A DNA stretch of 64,000 bases from Paramoeba atlantica (lineage: Eukaryota > Protista > Discosea), in assembly GCA_977017575.1 (NCBI GenBank), contig CDRNVI010000020.1, forward strand, positions 496,001 through 560,000, read 5' to 3'. The notes beneath the pieces are model-generated. The model worked only from the letters and a program-made list of their open reading frames with translations. It ran no database searches and was not told the DNA's origin. A program made the translations under genes and the position numbers. Below are positions 52,522 to 61,945 of the stretch, piece by piece (the first letter of the stretch is position 1; each line of letters begins with the position of its first letter).

Positions 52522-55266
52522 ATGATGCATCCAATCAGACACCCAGGTACGCGCTCTGTTCGGACAAACTTTCAGCACAACGTCCTGCGCTCGATTCAAT
52601 TTTGTACATCTACCACGTGTATTCTACACCTAACTGGTTACCGTTACTGTATTAGCAACACTTCTTGTGATTCTTTATCGGATAAAATGAAGTGTACTCT
52701 TCCTTCAAAGGAACAGCAACGTTCAGTGGAAGTCAAAGACCCCACGTGCGCAAAACCTTTTGAATCTGAATTAGAAGAAAACAAGCCTCGTCGGATATAC
52801 CTAAAGCCTTCCTTCTCCGGACTACCATCCTCTTTTTATTTCTCCCGAGATTACGAGCGCACTCCCCCCAAGGTAAAAGTTATTGAATATTTAGAATCCC
52901 AAAATACTGCCTCCGACCGCACATCTGCGCACCAACTTCCCCTTGCTCCACTGTTTTACAAAGTTCATAAGCAGTGCGAATACTATGCAGTGCGACTCCC
53001 TCTACTAAAAGCTGGCCTGCGGAGGGTTCCGCAGCAACATTTCGTCCCGTGTGCTATGTCATGGAATAGGCCCACTTTTAGTTTAAAAGTATTACAGTCA
53101 CGAATTAAAAGATATCGCAGTCTACGAGATAAACTTCGAAGCCAATTACAAAAGAAACTACTTCAGATATGTGCGTTGCACACTTTGGAGTGTGAACACC
53201 AAGTCATACAAACGATTCAACATTCACCAACATTGAAGTCGCTGGATTGTTGGTTGATATCAAAATTTTCTCGATTGCTTTCGCGTGCCTCTCAGCTTAT
53301 TTCTTTTTTGGGTGGATCAGTACCCAAACACTCCCCGTTGTCATCAAGTTTATCCGGAGCTATTTTGCCTCCTACCACAATACAAAGTGAAGAATACAAC
53401 GCAAGTCCGACAGCATCTACCGAGATGGAATACACTTGTAACGAAATCGAACGTGTTTTAAAACAGCAAACGGAATGCGAACTGCAACTTCTAGGACGTC
53501 CCACCAACCCTCATCACCGTCTGAATCACTTTCCCGGAAGTGCCACAGAGCTGGGATGTAAAAGCGGGTTACAGCGAAACCTTAGCAAAATGCAGCAAAA
53601 ATATGCGAAGAAAACAAGTTTCGAAGGGAAGTCACTTTTTTCATTTTCCCCTTTTACGTGGTGTCTTCCGCGCGATGCTTTATTTCTTCAAAACGAGTTA
53701 AAAATGGAAAACGATAGCATGCGCGCTGCATCAGCGAAACGCAATTTATCTTCTGGTAACTCACATTCTTCTCCGTACGCGCACGTGGAAATGTCGTCTA
53801 TTGAGTCCGCACGCTCAGACACCTCTTTTTCACAAAGCAAAGCCTCTTCATTTTCCGAACGAGTTCCTCGTAAATATATTATCAAACCCTCTCGTGGCTC
53901 CTGTGGTCGTGGCATTAGTGTGGTTACCGCCAACTGCCCGAAACTCACAGCCTTACTTCAACGATATCTTCCTTCCGGTACATGCGACGCGAAAAAAACC
54001 GACTCTATTGAGTTTTCAGATCTTCCAAACAATCCTGATGACTATTCTTCCGGTTCTAGCTCTTCAGAACCCACACCTCCGTATATAGTACAGCAGTACA
54101 TTGATGAACCAATGCTCCTAGAAGGCTTTAAATTTGATGTTCGTCTCTACGTCCTTGTAACCTCGTTGGACCCCCTCGTGATTTACCGGTACGAGGAAGG
54201 GTTAGCTCGTTTCGCAGCTGAGCCTTATGACCCTCAAGCACTCTCCAATCGTTTTAGTCAGCTTACCAATTACAGTGTAGGTCGAAAATATACCGAACAT
54301 ATTAGCTCCTTATTGAATGAGGCCTTTCCAACAAGTCCAACGGATCTTCCGCAAATTTGGAAGCCAAATCTAAAGTCCACCTTGGCTGATCTTAATAAAA
54401 GGCTTCGATCTCAAGGTGTGAACATCACACAGTTGTGGAGAGACGTTGATGACGTGATCTTGCAAACATTGATGGCCACGTGCGAACCACTCTTAGGTCA
54501 TTTGCGGGACGAAGACGTTCCGTTAGAATATTCTTTACCATGTCGTTCCTCCTTTTTCTCCCCTACCGAAGTGTCAACTGATAAAGTCCTAGAGATCACC
54601 CGACGGTCGAAAAAAACGCGATGCGTGCGTCACGGTCTCTCCAATATGGCTTTAAGAAACGACGACTCTTCACTCGCCGAGGACTGTCTAACCCGATCTC
54701 AGATTCTCTCGCTCGGTTGCTTCGAGCTCTATGGGTTTGACATTATGTTCGACCATTTAGGAAAACCCTTGCTACTGGAGGTCAATGTTCTTCCCTCTCT
54801 GGAGAGCAGCAGTAGCCTGGACTATGAATTAAAGTCAAATGTAGTAACAGACATGTTCAACTTGCTTTGTATCACATCACAAGAACTCTTAACTACCAGA
54901 TCGGACCTCTCCTTTTCTTATAAGCCATGTTTGAATCATCAGAAAAAGAAAAATGGTTCCCGAAAAGGACAACATGTCTTACCCACGAAATCCATAAATA
55001 GTTTTTCCTCTCGTGTCGCTGCAAGAAAAAAAAGACTAAGTCGATCTCTCGTGACAAAGTCGAATCTTACATCGTTCATTATGTCGCGTATTCGCGATGA
55101 GGTTGCCTACAAGGGTCGTTTTAAACGAATTTTCCCTACACCGCGACGTGTTTCGGAATTCGGGAAGTATATACTCCCTCTAACTGAGTTCAACGCCTCA
55201 CTCTGGTGTGAAATAAATCAACAGCAAAGGCAGAGGCGAACTGACAAGCTCTTGCCAAAACAGTAG
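52522..55266 (+). CDS. Tubulin-tyrosine-ligase-like (polyglutamylase-type) protein
   Basis: NHFPGS..LGCK, YIIKP...GRGI, QQYIDEPML..KFDVRLYVLVTS, GLARFA, FELYGFDIM and LLEVNVLPSL. Confidence 0.93.
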   Translation: MMHPIRHPGTRSVRTNFQHNVLRSIQFCTSTTCILHLTGYRYCISNTSCDSLSDKMKCTLPSKEQQRSVEVKDPTCAKPFESELEENKPRRIYLKPSFSGLPSSFYFSRDYERTPPKVKVIEYLESQNTASDRTSAHQLPLAPLFYKVHKQCEYYAVRLPLLKAGLRRVPQQHFVPCAMSWNRPTFSLKVLQSRIKRYRSLRDKLRSQLQKKLLQICALHTLECEHQVIQTIQHSPTLKSLDCWLISKFSRLLSRASQLISFLGGSVPKHSPLSSSLSGAILPPTTIQSEEYNASPTASTEMEYTCNEIERVLKQQTECELQLLGRPTNPHHRLNHFPGSATELGCKSGLQRNLSKMQQKYAKKTSFEGKSLFSFSPFTWCLPRDALFLQNELKMENDSMRAASAKRNLSSGNSHSSPYAHVEMSSIESARSDTSFSQSKASSFSERVPRKYIIKPSRGSCGRGISVVTANCPKLTALLQRYLPSGTCDAKKTDSIEFSDLPNNPDDYSSGSSSSEPTPPYIVQQYIDEPMLLEGFKFDVRLYVLVTSLDPLVIYRYEEGLARFAAEPYDPQALSNRFSQLTNYSVGRKYTEHISSLLNEAFPTSPTDLPQIWKPNLKSTLADLNKRLRSQGVNITQLWRDVDDVILQTLMATCEPLLGHLRDEDVPLEYSLPCRSSFFSPTEVSTDKVLEITRRSKKTRCVRHGLSNMALRNDDSSLAEDCLTRSQILSLGCFELYGFDIMFDHLGKPLLLEVNVLPSLESSSSLDYELKSNVVTDMFNLLCITSQELLTTRSDLSFSYKPCLNHQKKKNGSRKGQHVLPTKSINSFSSRVAARKKRLSRSLVTKSNLTSFIMSRIRDEVAYKGRFKRIFPTPRRVSEFGKYILPLTEFNASLWCEINQQQRQRRTDKLLPKQ

Positions 55267-55363
55267 GACGCATATTTCCTCATGCAGCCTATTCTGCATG
55301 CAGTTTTACTTACGAACCATTGCTCCTCCTCTGAATACCGTGGAAACATCAATTAAGAATTTC

Positions 55364-55468
55364 TTTTCTAGTCGTTTCGTTAAACACGGTGGTTCTCAAC
55401 GTAGAAGTCACTGATGCTGCGCGCTTCGCGTTGAAAACTACCTCCACGTTTAACGAAGTGCCTAAAAA
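55364..55468. repeat. Foldback unit, degenerate copy
   Basis: Core TAGAAGTCACTGATGCTGCGCGCTTCGCGTTGAAAACTAC. Confidence 0.8.
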
Positions 55469-55787
55469 GGAAAAATTGTAAAAACATCAAGAATAATTGA
55501 AGAAGGGTTTTCATCTAGGGTTGCGAAAATTACAGCGCTCGCAAAATTTTGTGTGACTTCTAAAATTGTTGCACAATAAATTGAAGTAAATGTCTTCGAA
55601 AAATGGAGTCTTTAAAAAAGGGAAATTCAAAAAAAGGAGGGTCTTCAAAAAGGATTGGATTTCCAAAAAGGAAAGGTCTTCAAAAGAGGAAAGGACTTCG
55701 AAGAAGAGAAACCTCTTCAACAAAGGAAAGGTCTCCGAATTTGGAAATGTGTTTTAAACCAATGTTCAGCTTGCCATACCCCCGGTA

Positions 55788-56559
55788 TAGTACTTTTAGT
55801 ATTAGTAATACTAAAATTAGTAAAACTTTTATTGTAAAATAATAAAAACGTTTTACTAATTAAAAATTCACTAATTTTTGTTTTACTAATTTTTGCACTG
55901 CCCCAAAAAATTTGCCAACTTGATAAAATCAATTTTTACAGAAACGGTATTTCTGTCGTTTGAGTAGGTTGTCTCCTCTAAGGTCGGCGTTAGTACCATC
56001 TGCAAAATGGTAATGCTAGGGAAGACCGAGAGGAGGTCCCGACCATGCTTCCCCATGCTGAGTGTGTCAGGCTTCAGTGAAGCGTATTACAAAGAAAATC
56101 CTTACCAAGAATATCCCCCAAAAAGGGATTGACTTTTACCCCCTCCCACACAATGTCCCTACATCAGTATTTTCTTAAATATGAAAAAAAACTCTTAAAT
56201 ACAAGAGAGCGATGTTTCGCGTTCGCGGAGCGGAGAAAGTCTTTTAAAAATGGGAGTATAACGAACAAGAAAGTCAGAGATTCAGAAAAAGATCAGGAGC
56301 GGGGAAAGTAATATGTGTCTGTAGCACAGAGTAAAAAACACCCCAAAAAAATAATATTAATAAAAATCTTGCTCACAGAAATCTTGCTCGCTTTCGTGCG
56401 ACATAGTAATCTGAAAACTTTTCGTAAAAAAGATAGAATTCCGAAAAAAACAAAAAAATGTAAGGTGTAAAACCTGAATTTCGCAAAATGTTTTACTAAT
56501 TAAAAATTTACTAATTTTTGTTTTACGAATTATTGTTACACTAATAATTGTGTGCACTG
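55788..56559. mobile_element. Second copy of the 528-1173 element with a different interior, preceded by an AACC-family left end (~55757)
   Basis: 55817-56100 aligns with 541-829; 56398-56559 aligns with 1018-1173; right end GTGCACTG-TA. Confidence 0.8.
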
Positions 56560-57145
56560 TATCACCAGTAAAAGTCATAGAAGTGAAAAAACGCGATAAA
56601 TAGTAAAGAAAACAAACGAATAATGCTCTGTAGGGTTATGATCTACGTGGGCCACCTCGAACAAGAAGTCGACATCACATGTTGTCTGTCTGAAAAACCA
56701 GGGGGGGGGTATGCTATCGACCCTGGGTCACGATACCATACCCCTCCCCAGGTATGGTACCAGGTCAAAGGTATGCAAACCGGACCCCCGTTTACATTTG
56801 GACCTCACCTCGGACAAGGGGCTTGGCTTTTATTTTTCCCCGCAGCGCATCGCTGATCAAGAAGAAATTCGTAGAAATCGGCGTATAATAACGTTTGTGG
56901 AGACGAAGGGACAGGAAGAATTTTCTCCAGAAAGTGCAGATCTGCCTTTCGTACCTTAGTCCTCCCTTCATTACTCTATGGGTGCTTAAGCAAATATTTA
57001 TCGTTAACATCTCATAATTGTCATCTTCGTTTACCCGCAATCTATCCTTACAGTGAAACAAATTGGTTCATCCTATCAGCTAAAGTGTTGTATATCACGT
57101 CGTTCCACCTACCCTTTCTCATTAATTTTTATAAATATAAATATA

Positions 57146-57458
57146 CTATCCCCCCCTATTTAATAGGACTCCAATTTTGGGCAAAAGGCCCTAATAAAGG
57201 GGGGGCACATGGAAAATAATATGAAAGAAAAAAATCGGCGCCGCGAAGCGGCGCCTTTTTTATCGTTGTGAAACAAGGTCCTACTCCCTTTTGATACACT
57301 TTTGGTTGTTGGGGTAGAAATGGAAAAACAATCTGCCGCTTCGCGCCGGATTCGACAATTTTTTGGCACTTTCCCTGAAATATTTTTTGTGGCCTTCCAG
57401 ACAAAATGGCCCTATTAAAAGGGGGGTGACACGTAGCCCTATTAAATAGGGGGGATAG
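57146..57458. mobile_element. 313-bp MITE (CTATCCCCCC ends, TA TSD) with hairpin at 57237-57255
   Basis: TA-CTATCCCCCCCTATTTAATAGG ... CCTATTAAATAGGGGGGATAG-TA. Confidence 0.9.
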
Positions 57459-58559
57459 TAATTATAAATTTTCATTTTTGTTATACCGTGGAAACATTAA
57501 TTAAGAGACACATTAAATAAGGGAACATCAATTAAGGGAACACTAATTAAGGGAATAATTGTTTTTCGTCAATTTTTGGCATTTTCAGGCAGTTTATAAC
57601 TAATATTTATTTTTTCCACCCATGGCCCAGGCACCCCCAACCCTCAGGATATATATTGTTTTGAGTAGTGAATTTTTCTTGAAATGAAGTTTACATTGCG
57701 CCCCAAAAAAGGGTTTTCCCAAATAGTAAAGTGTTTTTTAGTAGTTACCTTTTTTTAGAGTTTTTCTCTTTTTCAAGAATTTTTGTCTAAAAGAAATTGA
57801 TTTCATTTCATCTAAAAAAAATCGCATACAGCTTGCATTGGAAAGCGTTGTTCAAGACTCCAGCCCAGTTGTTTTTTGATTATACGTTTTCTTTTTTTCT
57901 CTGTGCTTCAAATACAATTGATTGCCCAGTTAGTAAAGTCCCAAAAAACGGTTTTCCCAAATAGTCAGGCTTCTTTTTAGTAGTTACCCAAAATCTGTGG
58001 TAACTACTAAAACCTTTACTATCTGGGTGCACTGTATATTTTTTGTGCTTTTTGTGCTTTGTAAAAAGAATAATTTTGATATTCAACAGCTGCTTTTCAC
58101 CTCTAAATATGTTTAAAATAAAACTGCAACAATTTACAGTTTACAATTATTCATCGTACTTATCTGATGATCTTGGGCTATTTTCAACTTGATTCTCATA
58201 AAACGATTAAGGGAACATTAAATAAGGGAACACTAATTAAGGGAATAATTCTTTTTGTAAATCATATTCCCTTAATTAGTGTAACCCCCCTTGAAGCGAA
58301 GGTCTTGGGCGACCTAAATTCCATAGAGACCCCAAAGCAGTACCCTTCTTCTCCTAGAGGAAAGGGTCATGATGACACAAATGGCTTGGGTCCGAACAAA
58401 GCTTCTCGCGAATGGGAAAGAGTTCATGGTACGTTTCACTCAATTTTTTTTGTGAAATGAGTGACTAAATGAAACTTTTCTTCAATGGCGTGTTTTTTTG
58501 GCAAACAGTAAGAATTGGCAAAGTTTGGTAAAAAAGTGAACATATGTTGCGGCAACATA

Positions 58560-59811
58560 CAGGGGTGGGCGCCTTCAGAGTGGGGGGGTCTAAAATTCGT
58601 AAAACTTGACCAATTTTGGAAAGTAATAGCGCATTCGAGAGTTCTCAAATAGTCTGGTGTAATGGCAACATCCGTTTCCCGTTTTTAGACATTCGAGATA
58701 AATGACAGAAAAACAAGGAATTTATTTTTCCCCGAAGATGCAATTTTTCAGTTTTTTTGGCTTTTTTTAGTTTTTTTGCGCCGTTAATGCCTCAGAAACG
58801 TGTACGATCGCAAACATCACGGTTTCCCTTCCAGAGAGGGTTTCAGTGTTCCAGACGCACTTTGGCTCGAGCTTTGAAGCCCGATATTATCCTCCGCGTA
58901 GTTCAGCGTAAACCACGACTAACCCAGCAGCATAAAGACGTTAGAGTCCGATTCTGTAAGGACATGTCGGGCTGGAGCGAACACCAGCTTGATAATATTA
59001 TTTGGTGTGATGAGAAAAAGTTTACCTGCAAGAAGTCTACCAAAAACACCTACCTTTGCCGACGGTCCGACCCTGTAAAAGAGCAGCTAGGTGAGCTGGA
59101 AGCGTGGGTAGGGGGCGATGGTATAATGGTGTGGATGGGGGTAAGCATAAAGCATGGATTTCATCTGCACATTTTTCCTAATAGAGATGAGCAGGGAAAT
59201 AGAGTTACTGTGAACGGGGCTGTTTTCGAAGCTGCCATGACCAAGCGTAATGGTCTTTTGAACTACCTACACAGGCACCGTGCAGTTGTTGCTATGGACA
59301 ATTGCCCTGCGCACAACTTGGCAAGGCGTACTTTTCAGCAGCAAAACGTGCGAACGCTCCCCTGGCCCGCAAAGTCACCGGATCTCAACCCCATCGAAAA
59401 CTTGTGGAATATCATGGATCAGCACAAGGATCGCATGCGACCACGCAATCGCACAGATCTCCTCTCTTCTATCGAGAGTGCATACGAGGCACTTCAAACC
59501 GATCTCAAAAGTACTTGCGTGAAGACCATAAAGAGTGTCTCCAAGCGCTTTCAAATCGTTATTGAGAAAAAAGGGGGAAATTGTGGGTACTGAGATTATT
59601 TTTGGAAAAAAAGGACTTTTTCGCTTAAAAAATAAAGTTGCAATTCGTGTTTGGGACCATTCTAGCTTTCTTTGATTCCCGTAAACTTTCGCAGAGTGCT
59701 TTTTACGATTACACCAGACTATTTGAGAGCTCTCGAATGCGCTATTACTTTCCAAAATTGAACAAGTTTTACGAATTTTAGACCCCCCCACTCTGAAGGT
59801 GCCCACCCATG
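58560..59811 (+). mobile_element. Tc1-like DNA transposon, 1252 bp, ~105-bp TIRs, TA TSD
   Basis: TA-CAGGGGTGGGCGCCTTCAGAG ... CTCTGAAGGTGCCCACCCATG-TA enclosing a transposase ORF. Confidence 0.95.
58787..59593 (+). CDS. Tc1/IS630-family transposase, DD32E, short N-terminus
   Basis: KPRLT, IIWCDEKKF, IMVWMG, AMDNCPAH, WPAKSPDLNPIENLW and KGGNCGY. Confidence 0.92.
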   Translation: MPQKRVRSQTSRFPFQRGFQCSRRTLARALKPDIILRVVQRKPRLTQQHKDVRVRFCKDMSGWSEHQLDNIIWCDEKKFTCKKSTKNTYLCRRSDPVKEQLGELEAWVGGDGIMVWMGVSIKHGFHLHIFPNRDEQGNRVTVNGAVFEAAMTKRNGLLNYLHRHRAVVAMDNCPAHNLARRTFQQQNVRTLPWPAKSPDLNPIENLWNIMDQHKDRMRPRNRTDLLSSIESAYEALQTDLKSTCVKTIKSVSKRFQIVIEKKGGNCGY

Positions 59812-59814
59812 TAT

Positions 59815-59873
59815 GTTGTGTCAACAAAAGTCGTGTTAATCCCAGAAATTAACATGACTTTTGTTGACATAAC
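59815..59873. repeat. Hairpin with 22-26-bp arms abutting the Tc1 right end
   Basis: TGTCAACAAAAGTCGTGTTAAT-CCCAGAA-ATTAACATGACTTTTGTTGACA. Confidence 0.85.
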
Positions 59874-60042
59874 TTAATTTCCCCCCTGTATGCCCCCCAT
59901 GGACCCCCCCATGGACCCCCCCATGGACCCTCAACAAAAAAAATCTCCACAAATATTTGTGCAACAAAAATTTGTGAATTTATTATTGTGCAACAATTTC
60001 AAAAGTGGCACAATAAAAAATTCACAAATTTTTGCGAAAGCT

Positions 60043-60372
60043 TTATCTGTTTCTCTTCTTTTTCCCCTTGAAGTAAACGCTCGATGCACGCTTTTCTTCT
60101 TCCGTAGTGCTAAAACACACGTGCGCCAGTCCCTTTTTTGATACGATTGTTATGCAATTGATTTCACCATAAGAAGCGTAATGCTTGGTAAGGTCTTCTT
60201 TAGTCGTAGAGGAGGGAAGGTGTTCTATTGTGATTGAGCGCTCGTCATACTCTTCGCGCGCAGAGCGCACAACGTGCAGTGATTCTAAGTAATCATCTCT
60301 TTTGCGCTTTGTATCTCTTTCCTTGTCGGAAATGTCGTTACCATTGGTTGATTGATTCTCCGCCGAAGTCAT
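60043..60372 (-). CDS. Single-RRM protein or fragment on the minus strand
   Basis: RNP2-like SITIEHLP, TTKEDL..HY..YGEI and RNP1-like KGLAHVCF. Confidence 0.65.
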   Translation of the reverse strand: MTSAENQSTNGNDISDKERDTKRKRDDYLESLHVVRSAREEYDERSITIEHLPSSTTKEDLTKHYASYGEINCITIVSKKGLAHVCFSTTEEEKRASSVYFKGKKKRNR

Positions 60373-60476
60373 AATATACTCGAAGAAAGTTTTCAAAAAA
60401 ATCACTCTAAGTCTAGAAACATTGACCATCGTTTTTTGTAAGACCATGGTTTTTTGTAAGACCATCGTTTTTTGTA

Positions 60477-60766
60477 AACCACTGTCCGGGTTAATATTCC
60501 TATACCCTCGTATTATTCCTACCAGTAATATTAAGTGTCCCAATGGTGCTTAATATTCCTACCCCCCCTCTCCCTGACACCTACCCCGTCTTTGCTTGAG
60601 ATCCACAAAAATGATCCTTCGATATTCCCTTTTTGGGTGATTTTTTCATCAAAATAGCAAGCCCAACGCGCACACAGTTCCTAAAGGACCAAAATCGAGC
60701 ACAAGAGCACAGACCGCGCCGCTTCGCGGCGCGAAAGAATTTTTGGTCCTTTTCTGCTAATTTTTT
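60477..60766. mobile_element. AACC-family left end plus hairpin-bearing interior (hairpin 60715-60733)
   Basis: TA-AACCACTGTCCGGGTTAATATTCCTATACC; interior homologous to 2228-2345. Confidence 0.7.
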
Positions 60767-60768
60767 AA

Positions 60769-61130
60769 TTAGGCTCTTCGATAAACGCGGTGGTTGTCTT
60801 CAACCTAGAAGTCACTCATGCTGCGCGCTTCGCGTTGAAAACTTCCACCGCGTTTAACGAAGAGCCTAAGAAAGAAAAATGGGCCAGGGATGCTGAAGAA
60901 AACGGAAGGATTTGAGCCACAAATAGCCGATTTTTAGGTAATAATGGGGTGCTTTTTGGGTATTTTTCTCTCAGAGCACTAAATCCGACATTTGCGTGTG
61001 GGAAATCACTCGTACGCATGAATGTAAGGCTACGGAACGTAATCGGCAGAGGATGCGACACCAACCACACCATTCTTTCCGAAAAATACTGTCCGAAAAA
61101 TACTTTTTCGCCTTTTTTCGTCAAAAATGG
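60769..61130. mobile_element. Foldback unit plus shared tail
   Basis: Aligns with 1793-2055 and 62493-62860. Confidence 0.8.
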
Positions 61131-61660
61131 GTCAAGACAGAAAATGTTTTTCATAGTATATTACTATTTTTACTATTTCTTTCTATTATAATTAGTTTAT
61201 ATTGGTTAAAGTAAAGGAAAATTCGACTTTTTTGAAAAACATTTGCTTTACACGCTAGTTTACACCCTATCTAGAAATCTACTGTTTCATTTCTTAGTAC
61301 AGTGCCACACACTATCCTCTAATTCCATTTCTTTTGTCGATGAGTGTGTCCTTTTTCCACAGAAAACGCTTCTCGTGACAAGCCCGGGCCTTCGAAGCCA
61401 GTGCTCGCACTGTGCTTCCGACCAGCGTGATATACGGCTGAGGGTGAACTGTCATCGACAAGCGAACCCACGACACCCCTGGCATACCATAGAAAATAAC
61501 GGAAAATGAGTATACAATAGTCATATACAATATTATGTACGTAGATAATGTTCTTTTGTTGAAAAGAAAAATGTCAAGCTAAAAAGTCATAAAAAAGCGA
61601 ATTTTCCTTTACTTTCACCTTTATATTTAACATTTACCATTTTTTCACTTTTTCGCCTTT

Positions 61661-61945
61661 CTATCTTATACACGCTTTGAGGCGAGCATCGAAACTCAAA
61701 ACAGTTTTATCAATCATTTTTTGTGGCAAACGAGACCACCCATTGCGTATGCATCGGATGAATCAAGATTTATCTGATGGGGTCTTCTCGTCCACTACCT
61801 CTTGGAACATAGACCAGACGTTTTCTATGGGGGAAAGGTCTGGTGAATTGGGGAACCAATTTTTCAATAGATCTTTCATTATATTCGTAATATACTCCTT
61901 AGAGGCGCGTGCGGTGTGTGCCGTGGCCCCGTCTTGCTGAAAAAT
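61661..61945 (-). pseudogene. C-terminal fragment of a second Tc1/mariner-type transposase (DD35E)
   Basis: FQQDGATAH...WFPNSPDLSPIENVW; in-frame TGA; then IRNGWSRLPQKMIDKTVLSFDARLKACIR. Confidence 0.85.

Noticed and set aside
56600-57060. Possible coding remnant
   Set aside because: Short ORFs in several frames with no motif I can recognise.
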